This document shows positions 1-13,680 of a DNA stretch of 64,000 nt, piece by piece. The translations under genes were made by a program, and so were the position numbers. The stretch is from Octopus bimaculoides (Eukaryota). Position 1 is the stretch's first letter. Each line of letters starts with the position of its first letter. The stretch is taken from contig NC_068984.1 of assembly GCF_001194135.2 (NCBI RefSeq), positions 66,216,275 to 66,280,274 of the forward strand. The letters run 5' to 3'. The notes beneath the pieces are model-generated. The model saw only the letters and a list, made by a program, of their open reading frames with translations. It ran no database searches and was not told the DNA's origin.

Positions 1-43
1 GAACCATGTGGTTTGGAAGCAAACTTCTTATCACAGAACCATG
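1..43 (-). mobile_element. SINE family A, 5' end (cut by window edge)
   Basis: gaaccatgtggtttggaagcaaacttcttatcacag matches the reverse-strand head of intact family A copies at 37466-37868 and 60050-60205. Confidence 0.7.
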
Positions 44-59
44 TGATAATGGCTTTGTC

Positions 60-231
60 ACAAATAATGACAAAGTTATTTAAAAATAACTTTGTCATTA
101 TTAAACTGGAGTTTGGAATATAAATTTATATGAAATTCTGATAGAAGGTTTTAATATTGATCATATCAAACAGGAAATTTGTATCATAAAACAAGGGACG
201 ATCTTATGCAAGTTGGTGTCAAAGGAGTTAA
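60..231. mobile_element. TTAA-ended MITE family F, partial
   Basis: Ends ...tcaaaggagTTAA; similar to 12620-12929 and 24623-24833. Confidence 0.5.
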
Positions 232-880
232 GATAACTTGTTTCATTTCTAAGTAACTTATATTTGACTAAGCAAGCAATCTTATAATCAGATATATTCC
301 AATGATGACTATCCCACTTTTTAGGGCTACATTGGACTACATTAATGAATGTGGTCTTACTCGTTTAAGACAGCAGGTGTTTGGTTTATGAAAGATTTAG
401 CAGCTATTCTCACAGTTCAAATGATCATATAGAGACTTCTACATTAGTTTGCAATTAAGGAAAGTAATAAACTTAACAGGCATTTTTATGACTTCATGAT
501 GCTCACTCCATGTTTGAGAAGTTTCTCATTTGAATGCAATACTTTATTTCAGGTCTTTTAATTTAAGCCTTTATTAACTGATAAATAATCCTACTTATCC
601 AAATTATTTCCTTTTAATGAGTTGTATGATAATTCTTCATTAAACTTCTATGCTACTTTAGTACTTTAGTCATATATAGGTGGTTTTCCTACTCTGGAAG
701 AAATGGATGTTGTTGTTTGGTTTGTTTGTTTACAATCTCTTTGTCTCTCTTTCTCCCTCTCCCTCTCTCTCTTTCTCTCTCTTCCTCTCTCTTCCTCTCT
801 CTCTTCCTATATATATAATATTTCCCTTCGTTCAGACATGAACAACACGATAGCTGGAGATGGTTTCATGAAAGATAGCA

Positions 881-884
<4 letters not shown>

Positions 885-919
<35 letters not shown>

Positions 920-931
920 GAAACACATATG

Positions 932-982
<51 letters not shown>

Positions 983-996
983 GTGTGTGTGTGTGT
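885..996. repeat. (TA)n and (GT)n microsatellites
   Basis: Direct inspection; source of ORF 703..999. Confidence 0.95.
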
Positions 997-1084
997 TAGC
1001 TGGAAATGCACAAAGAAGCTTTGAATGAAATATATATGTGCATAATCACATTTAACATGGTAATGTATACTTGAACATGGTAAG

Positions 1085-1352
1085 ACCTTTCACTGTGGAA
1101 ATAATCACAGAAATAATTCTCCTAATAGATAATATGAGTGAAAACATCATTGAGCTATGAGTATTGTTGAATCATAGGATGTCCTTACAGTGCTATGAAT
1201 GTCTGATTCAGTATTCATAGCTAATGAAGCATAATGCTGAAGAAATACATGTTCTATGATCTGCTGGCATTATTCATAGTCCAATGATAGTTCTCACATA
1301 TTGTCTATGAGGAGTGTTTACCCTTGAGACTATTTTCACAGTGAAAGATTTT
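1085..1352. repeat. Old imperfect fold-back (MITE-like); third arm copy at about 1560-1690
   Basis: cctttcactgtggaaataat...catcattgagctatga (1087-1160) is the diverged reverse complement of tcatagtccaatgatag...tattttcacagtgaaag (1275-1346). Confidence 0.6.
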
Positions 1353-4300
1353 TCCACATCTGAAGGTGCATGAAAGTTAAATATAACTGTACACACATAT
1401 ATTTTATTCAATGCTGTTTCATGTATCTCTAGTTAATTCATTCTAACTTGGCAAACCTGTGTATGCATTAGCAAATGCAATATTTGATGTTCTTGTATAT
1501 AAGAGCAACTGTTCTTACATGAGTGTGGACAACTAATTCAGTTTTCTTAGTTGATGAAGTGTAATGACACAGAAATGCATGAATCCTATGATATGCTGTC
1601 GTTCATGGCTCAAGGAAGTATTTCACACATTGTCTTTGATGAGAAATTTCCTCCTGGAACTATTTTTGCAGCAAAGGTTTTCCCATATTCAAATATACAT
1701 GGATGTGTTATATATTATTAAACACATGCACACACACACATACACACACGCACACACTCACACACATAACAAAAATGTATTCTATCCAGTGAGAGATAAA
1801 TATCATTTAATACACACCTTTCCAGTTATTTCTTGCATATATGTGGCATGCTATAAAAGCTTGTTCAACCATCATATTTTCAGAGGCATGAAACTAATAG
1901 TTGTTTTTATTAAATGATATGCATGTATATGTATTTTATAAGCCATTGTAAAATTCTCAACGAACACACATAATATTTGCATGTATATAAATGTCTGCAT
2001 TGTCAATGTCATTTTAATGTTCATCTTTTTCATGTTTGTGTGGGTCAGACAAAATTTGTTATACAGCCAGGTGCCTTTCCTGTCACCAACATACCAATTG
2101 CTTCCAAGTAAAGTAATATTTCCCTTCTAACAGACATGAACAACACAATAGCTGGACATGGTTTCATGAAAGATAGCAAGATATATATATATTTATTTAT
2201 ATATATATATATATATATACATATATATATGCACACATACACACATGCATAGACACACACATGCACACACATACACACATACATACTTATACATACTGAT
2301 GTGCATGCACTGGTACAAACATAGAAGAAACCACTTGTGTACAAAGGCAAGTGGTTCATGACTGTTAAGCAAGATCACAACTTGTTTACTATTACATCCA
2401 ATTATAATTCACAAAATAAATCCTTTAAATATTTTTTAATGGTCAAAATGATCTGAGAAAGCTATAACACCCAATACTGAATAAACATCAAGCTGATAAT
2501 AAAAAAAACATAAAAAACTGAAATGACATTTAATGATTGTGATGCATATAACTATAAAGTGCATAACTATAAACAAATTTCTTTTATCATTGATCCTTCC
2601 CGTTATATGTTTGCATTTTAAAATTTTGCTAAACTGATATCAAATATCTATTTACTTGTATTTAGTTGTAAATACATGAAGAAAACTACTTCTACTATCT
2701 TGTTATATTTTGATTTCAGTAAATAATTCAGGAAAATTGCAATAAACAAAATAAATAAATAAACATATCAAAGTAGTTTTTAATTCAGTGTTTTGAAGTA
2801 GAAGTTAAAATCTTGTTTTATGGATTATTTATAAAATTTAAACCTAGTGAAACAAGAATGGCATACAAACTATTTAATGTTTATTTATATATATAAAGGA
2901 CTTTCCTAATAAAAGTAAGTTAAGAACTATCAAATACTGTTATACCACATGCCAACATTCTGTTATAAATTGAGTAGAGGAAGATATATACCAAGCAACC
3001 TACTTTGCACCATTCTACATAACGAAAATGGATTAATAAACAATTTTTTGTTTTTATTCTTAAATATCATAGTAAATGTATTTGACTTCAAACTTTTCCT
3101 CTGGATTTGCAATTATTTCCAAACTGTTGTTTTTATTTGTTTTAGTAACTGAACTGTGACCGTGCTGGAACTTTTAAGATATAGTCAATCACATGACCCC
3201 CAAGAACATTTTATTGACAGGCAATATTTGTTTAAACTCAGAAGGATAAATGTAAAGAAAATGTCAACCTCCACAAAATTTGAACATAAAGGAACATGAC
3301 CTAAATAACACTAAAGGCATTTTGTCCATCTACATACTGGGTTTGCTATCTTTTTATCACGATGTATTTGTTACACATTTACAAATAATAATTTGAATCT
3401 TAAATTTTATTTACTTGAAACAGAAAATGCAATTATTTTATTAGTGAAATAAGGTTTTGAAGTTACAATTTGTGATACATTGCATATTTATTTACTTGTC
3501 AATAGTTATTACAAAAGACTTATCAGTATTTATTGGAACAGTCATTACAACAGTTATCACAAAGAACTACATGACGAAGGTGTCATGAGGACATGGAATG
3601 TTCAAATCAGCTTGTGTTAAATTGTAGTTGAAATATCTTGAGTTCATTTTCTGTCACAAGAATGTCGCACGTCGACAAAACATTAAATTTTCCTGCCAAA
3701 ATCAAAACATTACAGTGGGTTAGCACTGAACTAGACTGAATGATGGAAACAGAATTATTCTGTTGGGGGTAAGTGTATGTATTATATGAAGCACCAAACA
3801 TGTTAACTTTCTTTAAAATATCTCTGAGCACAATTTTTTTCTAATTGATAATTTTAAAACATTAACTTGCCATTAGGCATAGGAAGTTTTGAATTTTGAG
3901 ATCAAATCCTATGAGAATTATCTTTGCCTTTCATCTTCCTGGAATTGATACCAAGATTAAAAATTTGCCAAGTTTTCAAATATAGTTTGTTGATTAATTT
4001 TAGTTCCTTCCGTATTTTGAAAAGTTAATTAAATGTATTCATTAAACTGTAAAGCAATCCTTTAACTTTCAACTAAGCTTAGATCCCCATTCTCCTAAAT
4101 AAAAAAAAAGAAAAACATATTAGATGTTTAAAAATAAACACCTTTCTGAATAAAGTTTTCAAAGTAAATATTACAAACTTTCACACCATAAAGCATTTAT
4201 TATCAAATATTTACCATTAAGGGAAAATGTACATTAAGCTGTCTAGTTGGGATTTCGAATTCAAAATCAGTTGAAAGTTTGACATTTAAAACATTGAAAG

Positions 4301-5597
4301 TTTGGGAAATTTTTATGATAAAATATCATGCTTAGCATACGTTAGAAGTAAATAGTGCCTCTACATAACCCTACCAAATATAACTGCTTCAGTTAACTGT
4401 ATATAATCATGCAGTTGAAAACTAATGTTATGCAGTTTGTTTGTTTGTCTTTCTATCTCTTTTTTATTTTATGTTTTTTTTTTTCAACTCAGGTATATTT
4501 TATACCAAAGTTAAATGCACATTTTCTGAGCAAGTTGCAGAATCATTTGTCAGATAAAAAAAAATATTGTGATATTAGCAAATATAGAAATGGTAATTTC
4601 AGATATGAAGAGTAGGAGTCCTTCCTCCTTCATAGAAGCAGAAAAGCATTAAGTATCAATTAATAATTAACAATTAATAATTAAAAATAATAAGCAATAG
4701 CATAAAAAGAAATGCTTCAAACAAATGTCATTGAAACATCAAAGATAACTACAGCATGCAGCGAGTCATTTCGTGATAATTTATAAGGTTGGAAAAAAAC
4801 ATGTGTTAGTAGAACATCAAAGAATTATTGATTTAACACTATTTGATGAGCTCGCCCCAGCAATGTGAGGGAGATGCATGTCATCAAAGTAGATAGGTTT
4901 GATAAAATACCACAGAATCTTAAAATTACATAAACAATTAACAGGTGTGATGTGATGAAGGTTGACAGTAGTTTTCCACTATCAAAGAAATGTTAATATA
5001 TGACCAATATGCCACCTGGTACACTGAGGTTTAAGCTTAAATGCTTTGTGATGGAAGAGGTGGTGGTGGTGAGGATGGTGAGTGAGCAACAAAAGCATAA
5101 TGCATTTGGGATAAAAAAGTAAACAAACAAAATACTGATAGGAGATACAGTTAGTGGTAATGGCAATACGTTTATACTTTAATGATATATATATACATGT
5201 GTGTTTGTGTGTGTGCATGTGTGTGTAATATATATACATACACATATATAGGTATGTATCCATATAGACATATATATGCATACTTATGTGTATATATATA
5301 TATACGTGAGTGTGCATATATATATTTATACACACACATATGAATTTATATATACACATACATATAAATACATATATATACGTATATATACATACATACA
5401 TGCGTGCCTGAGTATGCATGCATGTGTAAAAGATGGATAGCACATTCAGTTGAGCATCAGGCAATATATGTTGTGATGTTCAGTTCAGTAATTTCTCTCT
5501 GCGTTCTAAATGCAAATCTTTGATAAGGTCTATTTTGCTTTACATTATACCTCATTAAATAAAATTAATATATGTAATGTAATCAATTAAACACCAT

Positions 5598-5872
5598 AAT
5601 TTAGTGCTCCAGCCTGGTCACACTTCAATGACTGAAATCAGCAAAAAGAATAAAAGAATGTGAGCTCACGCACGCACACACACACACACACGTCTTTTAT
5701 CGTTTAATTGTTTCAGTCACTGGACTGTAGCCATGCTGAGGCACCACCTTGAAGAGTTTAGTCAAACAAATTGACCCCAGTACTTGCTTTTATAAACCTT
5801 GGTACTTATTATATCAGTTCCTTTTACCAAACTGCTAAGCTATAAGGACATAAACAAACCAACACCAATGTG
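5598..5872. mobile_element. Two family A SINE 3' ends tail-to-tail around a (CA)n tract
   Basis: + tail gtgctccagcctgg...aatgactgaaatc at 5598-5660; - tail ttgtttcagtcactggactgtagccatgctg...taaacaaaccaacacc at 5690-5872. Confidence 0.75.
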
Positions 5873-7479
5873 TTTTCCCTTTTGTAAGATAGTCATATGT
5901 AATACGAAGGATATTTGGTTACTATTTTTAGCAGATGTAGTAACCATAAGGAGACACCTTCATTGGCTCATTTTAGGGTTGCGATTGTAGAGAAAATCCA
6001 TTTGAAGTGTGTTCAGATTTGTCAAAAGCAAAAGTTAATTTTGTATAACGAATAAAAATGGATTATTTCGCTTTCTTTCTTCTTTTACTGTTGAATATAC
6101 TTGTTAGTTGTTAAAAAAATACATAAACAAAAAGCAATTGTTATTGTGTTGAATAAAGTTAAAATAAAAATAACTAGTGACAATGAGCAATACAACATAG
6201 CTATTGATAGAATTAACAGTGTATTTAGAAATCACAGGAAATTATAATGGGACTGTTAATTATAACTTCATGCCATTATGATGCTGATGATTATAAATTT
6301 CATCCTAATGGTTGTTTCCAGTACAACAGTGATTGCAATAGTCACACAGAACAAAAATCAATGCCAATAATAGAATATTTAGAGCCAAAAGGAAACAAAA
6401 TAACGTTCTTCAGGTTGTTAATTAAAAAAAGTTATTAAAAAAATCAAAAAAAATCAAACATATGATTCTTAATGTTAATAGTAATGATACTTGTAGTAAT
6501 TTCTTTCACAACAAGTCAATTCAAATTCAAAACGAAAGAAAGCTTTAATGAGAAAATTGTGGATGATCTATGCAATTAAATCCATTTCATCTCTTACATT
6601 TTAGAAAATTAATAATTAGAGAATAAATATAAATAACTACTAAAGCTATGGAATTTGAAATTAGCTTTAACAAAGTATTCCCAACTGTTGTCAATGCAAC
6701 TAGAAATAATCATTTATCTGCTCTTTGTTGCAGGCAAGGGACTTTGTGCTTGTATTTACGAAGGAGATAAAATAAACAGGCTTATTACTTACACAGAAAT
6801 AATTCCTTCTTATCAAGAAACAATAAAATTGTTGCAGGCATAATATAAATTACATTGCAGATGAGTTTTAAAATATGACATGTTTCTCAAAGTATTTTCT
6901 ATCACCAGCACCTGCTAGCTATATAACTAGATATACTAGTTCTGGTGCAAGCAGTTTATGAAGTAGAATAAATGTTAGTTTGCTGTAAAAAAGATAAGAG
7001 GTCTGATAGACATTTAGTGTAGGATGCATCAACTTATTCCACTTTGTGAACTGGTTCTTTGCATTATATAACAATGCATATCATCACTAATTTACTCCTT
7101 GGATTCAACTATTTCAGTACCAATGCTATATACTGATTTTCCAATCATTTAATATTAGTTGTATTTATTTTTATAGGATTAGAAAAGTACATGGTAGGCA
7201 TATAATTTAACTGAGAACCAGGCTATAAGCTGAAAGGAGCAGTGATTGTATACCCTATATGTGAAAATGTGTCATGTCTGGCAAAGACACTTATCTCTCA
7301 GCAGCTGAGTCATAAACAAGAAGATGTGTTCAGCGATGAACATTCCATCTTTCATATTTTTTACAGACATAATATACACTGGATTACATCGTCGAATTTG
7401 TCATTTTTTTAAGGATTGTGAGAGATTTGGGAACTCTTTGAAGTAGGTCAGAAAATCAGAATGAAACTCACTCATTGCT

Positions 7480-7705
7480 CCAGTTTTAAATACGTTCTTC
7501 AAGATGATGCAATTTATTGTTGTAAAATATCAGTGATACTGAAAAACTAATGTACATTTTATTGGTTTACAATGATGGACCCAATCCCTTCAATTCCTTT
7601 GGTGCTAGAAGCTGCTTGCAATAGAGACTAATATATTGTCAAGGAGTAGATTTATATCACATTTGCATGAATGATCTCTGAATCTTATGCAACTAGTTAT
7701 GATTC
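7480..7705 (-). pseudogene. Decayed LINE AP-endonuclease fragment (RTE-like)
   Basis: Minus-strand translation ..IIHANVI*IYSLTIY*SLLQAASSTKGIEGIGSII.. resembles the RTE APE block (H..IKY..L....L.TSSA.K...GIG.I); many stops. Confidence 0.4.
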
Positions 7706-9279
7706 AGTAAATGATTAAATTGTTATACTTATTCAATTTTCTAACATTTCCTTTGATAAGGATTCAGTAACCCTCATTAGCTTATCTTTTAATTATGACT
7801 ATATCCCCAAATGTATATTCAGAGTTTGTTACTAATACACTTTCATAGTAACATCCATTTCCAATTTCAGCTCTGAATAAATGTATCATATTTATATGTA
7901 AAATGAAGTTAAAGTTTATGTTTCGATTTTCAACACAAACTACTTTAATAGTTTCTATTATACCTCTAGCATCATCAGTTTTACAGTAGGACTATGGTAA
8001 AACATCTTAAGAATGGCTTTTTATGATTTATTTTTGTAATGGTTTACAGGTATGCAGAATTTTGTTTTCAGTGACATCCTGTGGGTTTTGACCACCCTGA
8101 ATGGTAGCAAAATTGACTGCTTCTTTCTTAAATTTAACAGAACATCAACTATAGCAAATGAATTGGCTGCCATGCACAGTCTGCTCATTCTATGCTATGC
8201 CACTAATCACACTGTAGGTTAGCATTTCAAGGGCTGTATACATAGACTTCAATTCTTAACTGTTGCCATAAGTTTGGCAACAGCTTATATTCTTTCTGCT
8301 GTGGCTGTTATTCTTGTTTAACTTTAGGTCAGTCCTAACTGAGAAAACCTAAGATCAAAGGAATTCTAATAATGACCATTCCATCTTTTTGCATTATCAA
8401 ATCCACCACTCTATTTTTAAGTTGTTAGAGTATAATTTTATGGAGATTTGGTTACTATTTCTAGCTGGTCACACAACCAAGTAGCAGTACCATTATAGAC
8501 TGCCTTCCTTTCAAGTTGAGCAGTTATCAGCTGGATAGGCTTCCAGCTGTCAGAAGTGCATGCAACATCCACCAATATGTAAATGTACAAATTTGTGATG
8601 AAAACATCTAACCCACACTGACATGGAAAATGGATGTAAAAGCAGTAAAAACATAATAAATAAAGTCTTCTTTTTTTCTCCCTTAAATCATTTTAAAGCC
8701 ATTAGGTGACCTTTATTGACATATCGCTTCTATGATTCATAGAAACCATCCTCATTTTCTGGTTGAAGCATTTAGAATGAGGTAGATAATAAGATGCCAG
8801 TGAAAATATATGAGCACATCACACATGAAGCAATAAGCTGCTCCCATATCCACACAGTCATTGTGCATTTCATCTATAATTCATGTACTCCATTAAAAAT
8901 ACAACAAAAAAATAAATAAAAGATCAGGAGATACAATGTTGACTTTATTACAAAGCAAAACTATTAGAATTGCACTATAAACATTCACGTGTCTTTGAAA
9001 TAATTTTCACAAAATATCCATTATCGAAAAGTGCTTAACAGGCATAGTTACAGGTCATTTGCAAGTCATTAAGCTCGAAGAGTATACTTAAAAGGGTGAC
9101 AATTTTAGAAATTATGTAATTATCTGTCAATGAAGTGTTTCTTAACATTCAATATTCTAAACAGCCCTTTCTTATTTTTTTTATTTTATTTTTTATTTTT
9201 GTTTTTTTGGAGAGTCAAAACCAGATAAGAAAGCCACCAGTTCTAAGACATAAGAGAGATGACATTGCTGCTTTCAGAA

Positions 9280-9860
9280 TTGGCAGAATTGATTAGCAGA
9301 AAAATTGCCCTGCAGTAATTTACTGCATACCTTCACATTACAAGTTCAAATCACACTGAGGACAGCTTTGCATTTAGACATTCTCAGGTTCAATAAAATA
9401 AGTAATGGTTAAATGCTAGAGCTGATATAAACAATAGTGCCCTGCTCTCTCCCCAAATTTCTGGCCTTGTGCATATATTAGAAATTGATATTGTGAACAA
9501 GTAAGGTGGTGAGCTGGAAGAATTGTTAGCACACTGGGCTTAGAAGCATTTTGTCTGTCTTTATGTTCTGAGTTCAAATTGCACCAAAGTCAACTTTGCC
9601 TTTCAGGGTCAAATAAGTATCAGTTGAGCACTGGGTTGGCGTAATCGACTTAACCCCACTGCTGAAACTTCTAGCCTTGTACCAACGTTTGAAACAAATA
9701 TTAATGACAAGGCAAGGCTATATAGATTGGGAGAACTAGTACAGTGACAGACAATGCTGTTGCTTCACTATGTTGTTGTTTCACTCTACATTCTGTGTTC
9801 CAATCTCACTAAAGTTGACTTTGGTTTTTATCATTCCAGTATCAATAAAATATGTGTGAA
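9280..9860 (+). mobile_element. Three consecutive family B SINE copies (best 9506-9705)
   Basis: taaggtggtgagctggaagaattgttagc...ttctgagttcaaatt...aagtcaactttgcctt; Pol III A/B-box-like motifs; matches 40014-40250. Confidence 0.75.
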
Positions 9861-10154
9861 TTAAGTAAACCACCTAGATTAATCAATTGCTCCACCCACC
9901 ACCCATTCACCACAAAATGTGTGGTATTGTACCTATGTAAGAAATTAATATGAAAGATGGTATGAAAGATGGAATGAAAGTGCATAATTTCGTCAAATGT
10001 TTCTTCCATGTCTGTTCATTAATAATATATGTAGCAATGGATACAGTAGCCCAGTTAGTACATATGCCACTGTATATTAACAGTAGGTAATGTATTTCAT
10101 TTATTATACTGTACATATATATTCATTTATGATGTATATACATATATATTGTAG

Positions 10155-10897
10155 TACGTGAGAAGACCCGGCAAGCCAAGTGAGAGCATAATCTGTGGCC
10201 TCTGCCAGAAGTGTAGCCAGCTCACTTATTTGTATCTTTACTTCATTGGACACTAAACTCTGATTGTGAAGACCTGTTGAGGCAAGTGAATTTGAAATCG
10301 AAGTCGAACAAAATTCGACGACTGGCACCCATGCCAACATCTCCTTCATTGGACACTAAACTCTGGTTGCAAAGACCTGTTGGGGCAAGTGAAATCGAAA
10401 TCGTAATTGAACCATATTCGATGACTGGCACCTGTGCCAGTGGAGCACTAACAGCACTGTTTGAGTGTGATCATTGCCAGAGCAGCTGTCTGGCTTCCGT
10501 GCTAGTGTCCCATAAATAGCACCATTTAAGTTTGATCATTACCAGCGTTGCCTTACTGTCACTTGAGCCGGTGGCACGTTAGAAAATCATTCACGCGAGG
10601 TCATTGCCAGTGCTGCTGGACTGGCTTCCATGCAGGTGGCAAGTAAAAAACACCATTTTGAGTGTAGCCATTACCAGTACCGTGTGACTAGCCCTCGTGC
10701 CGGTGTCACGTAAAAACACCCACTACACTCTCAGAGTGGTTGGCATTAGGAAGGGCAACCAGCTGCAGAAACTCTGCCAAGTCAGATTGGAGCCTGGTGC
10801 AACCATCCGGTTCACCAGTCCTCAGTCATATCGTCCAATCCATGCTAGCATGGAAAGCGGACGTTAAACGATGATGATGATGATTATGATGATGATA
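10155..10897 (+). mobile_element. 5'-truncated RTE-type LINE: last codons plus long 3' UTR with internal tandem subrepeats and (GAT)n tail
   Basis: gtacgtgagaagacccggcaagccaagtga reads VREKTRQAK*; 2x ~103-bp and 5x ~65-bp subrepeats; ends catggaaagcggacgttaaacgatgatgat. RTE assignment is from family resemblance. Confidence 0.65.
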
Positions 10898-11433
10898 TAC
10901 TGTCCCCCCTTTTTTTATGGTTAATACATTAATTACGCTGGACAATAAAGATTTTGCTACTGGCGTAAAAGCAGGTGTTTTAGACTAAATCAAGGATGTT
11001 GATTCCAAATTTGCACTCAGAATTGTTCTAGCACATCAGGATTTTGAGTTATGTGCATGCACAAGAATATAACTACATTTTTGGCTAGATATAGGCCATT
11101 TTAGAGCCAATCTAGTAAAAACAAAAGTCTTAGTAAGTAAGAAGGCAGACAAATCACAAATCCCTTCAGGGATTTGCGGTGTAAGACCAGAACAATGTGA
11201 GAAAGTACAAAGTACACTATGAAAAGAAAAAGCAAGGGATAGAAAAGTTATATGTATATATAACAACCATGGGTGTTTATAGACAAACTTGCATTTGTTC
11301 TTTTAGAAGCATCAATGTGTATCATGCAATATAGGCAAGAAAGTGATATTTTGAATGCGGTATTGCTGTTAAAACAGCAGAAGAATTAGGTATTATTACT
11401 CTCATAATGCAGAAGAAGTTGTCAGCAAACAGC

Positions 11434-11586
11434 CACATTGTTTCTGTCTACCAAATTGACACACAATATGTTTGTTGGCCTGGGGCTATTGTAGAAGACA
11501 CTTGGTCAATGTGCTACACAATGAGACTGAACACAAGACCATGTGATTGCAAAGCAAACATCTTAGCCACACTGATCACGGCACCT
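11434..11586 (-). mobile_element. SINE family A, 5' half, degenerate
   Basis: tttctgtctaccaaat...gtagaagacacttg...accatgtg. Confidence 0.7.
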
Positions 11587-12304
11587 TAAGTTAGAAACTA
11601 ATTAATTATTACATTAATGAAAGAACAACAAAATTGTTTTAGATAGTATAGTGTAGGAACAACAGAAACTTTCAGAGTTGCAGCATAGTTACAATATCAT
11701 TAAACCATATCCAACTACAAAAATGTTTATAGGAAAGAATTATTTCCATTGAACACACATACTGTTTTCTGTTTTTAACAATAGACCAAATTCACTGATT
11801 CACTGACACGTCATTTGTTGGGCATGCATGTACACACATACACACATACACACACATGCACATGTACATGTACACACACACATACACACACATGCACATG
11901 TACATGTACACACATACACAATCACAATACACAGCAGTATTGAAGAGTAGCAACATATATACATGCATAAATATCCTGCCTGTCCTTCAAGCTATAAAGA
12001 CAAACAGTTTCTAGGAAACCAACAGACAGTTACTGAAATTAGCCTGCGTCACTATGTATATTCTTCTCCAATGTTGCAAATTATAACCTAATATTGCAGT
12101 TAAAAACAAAAATACATTTACTTATTCTGTATTTCCTTCATTTGAAAAAAAATGTTTTCAAACTCTCCTATTGAATTAACTCTTATGTTCCTGTATTTCT
12201 GTTAAAATAAAGTTTGTTTTTAATTTTTAAATTTTTTTATTTTTCTGTTAATTTTGAAAAAAATGAAAAATTTAGTAAACCTAGTTTGTCATTATCATCC
12301 CTTT

Positions 12305-12610
12305 CATCATTTACTTGTTTTGGTCAATGGACTGAGGCCTTGGTTGGGCTCCACCTTGAAAGGTTTCAGTCAAATAAACCAACCCCAGTAGATATTTTTG
12401 AAGTCTGGTACTTATTATATCAGTTTCTTTTGCAAAACTGAAGCATTTAAGGGATGTAAGCAACTTAACATTAGCTGTCAACCAGTTGCCATCTACCAAA
12501 TTCAGCTACAGGGCATTGATCAAACCAGGGCAACAGAAGAAGATACTTGCCTACAGTGCTGAGTAGTGAAACCAAACCCCAACCACACAGCTACAAAGGG
12601 AGCTTTTCAA
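12305..12610 (-). mobile_element. SINE family A, degenerate near-full copy
   Basis: ttacttgttttggtcaatggactgagg...ggtacttatt...tctaccaaattc...gaagatacttgcc. Confidence 0.65.
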
Positions 12611-12619
12611 ATGCACAGA

Positions 12620-12929
12620 CATTTCTCCATCAAACAAAGAATTTAGTAAATAACTTTGTTGCTACTAAGTTAGTGTTTGGAAGTTGAATCAATATGAAAT
12701 TTTAATGGAAGATTTTAAATGGAATGTTTGCACCATAGAATCAGAAGTGATCATAGTTAAGTTAGTATCAAAAGGTTTAGAATAAAACATTAACTGATGT
12801 AAACTTGTGTTTGGAACTTAAGTTAACATGAAATTTTGATAAAAGCTTTTAATTTACACCTCTTTAAACAGAAAATTTGTATCACACAACCAACAGCATT
12901 CCCAGGTAGCTTGGTATCAAAAGAGTTAA
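12620..12929. mobile_element. TTAA MITE family F, two partial tandem copies
   Basis: Two related segments ending gtatcaaaaggtttag and gtatcaaaagagTTAA. Confidence 0.5.
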
Positions 12930-13049
12930 TCACACAAAGAACTAATGCTTATAGTCTTGCCCCATTATGCAGTATTTTTAAATTGCACTTTTAAGCTGAC
13001 TTTAATAGTCATTTCTTTGAGTTTGAAATTCATCCATTTGAGCTTGATA

Positions 13050-13240
13050 AAATAGGTATCTGTTGTTGCTGTAGCCTAACCCCATAGTCAGCTTCATTAA
13101 GCAGAACTATGATCAAAAAAGCATACCACCAATTTCCATTATCGTTTTGACTACCAAAGAATAAACTGTTCCATGGATGCTACTTTATATTTGATGGTAG
13201 TATATGATCCAAAGGAGACTTAACTAATATATTTTGCAAT
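13050..13240 (-). mobile_element. (CAA)n-tailed interspersed repeat, family G
   Basis: Shares ctatgatcaaa/tttgatcatag and the gggctaaacaacaac tail with copies near 290-430, 7300-7450, 8290-8490, 24950-25045, 36600-36740, 37240-37400, 44430-44632, 57650-57800 and 61990-62250. Confidence 0.55.
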
Positions 13241-13643
13241 TTCAGCCTCAGCATGGTGGTGTTTCTAATCGGTTTGAATTTGTACATGTGGTATACAACA
13301 GAAAATCCCATTCCTTCTTAGCAAATACTGGCTTTCACTTTCTTTTTGTTTAGAAGAGAGAAATATCCCCTCTAAATTTGATTGTGCATAGTGAAATAAA
13401 AACATTACACAAATGACAAAAAACTTACAAGGTTAGCTGTGAAGCAAAATGTATTGTTACAGTGATCACGAAATGTATTTTAATGAATGCATATATGCAC
13501 ACATGTCTGTTTTGTGTACATTCATGAAAATATAGTCAAGGAGTCTTTTAATGGTTTGGGTGTTTAATATATGTGTGTGCATGTGTGAGCGGGTGTGCAT
13601 GTCGTGTATGTATATGATGTGCCTTGGTTTCTATCTGTCTGTT

Positions 13644-13680
<37 letters not shown>

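Noticed and set aside
703-999. ORFs rich in YI/CV/HT repeats here and throughout (e.g. 14595-15245, 25945-26925, 63095-63783)
   Set aside because: Translations of (TA)n, (GT)n, (CA)n and (TACA)n microsatellites
3567-3692. Minus-strand frame ENLMFCRRATFL*QKMNSRYFNYNLTQADLNIPCPHDTFVM* with one in-frame TGA (Sec, readthrough or editing idea)
   Set aside because: No recognisable selenoprotein motif; the downstream ATGA..AAA..GA does not form a SECIS stem; plus-strand exon readings are equally plausible
4840-4890. TTGATGAGCTC...GAGG hammerhead-like start
   Set aside because: No GAAA or stem I/III
8072-8217. 146-nt open segment between ag and gt (DILWVLTTLNGSK...)
   Set aside because: No homology recognised; the 3' end looks like decayed repeat; chance-level in this much sequence
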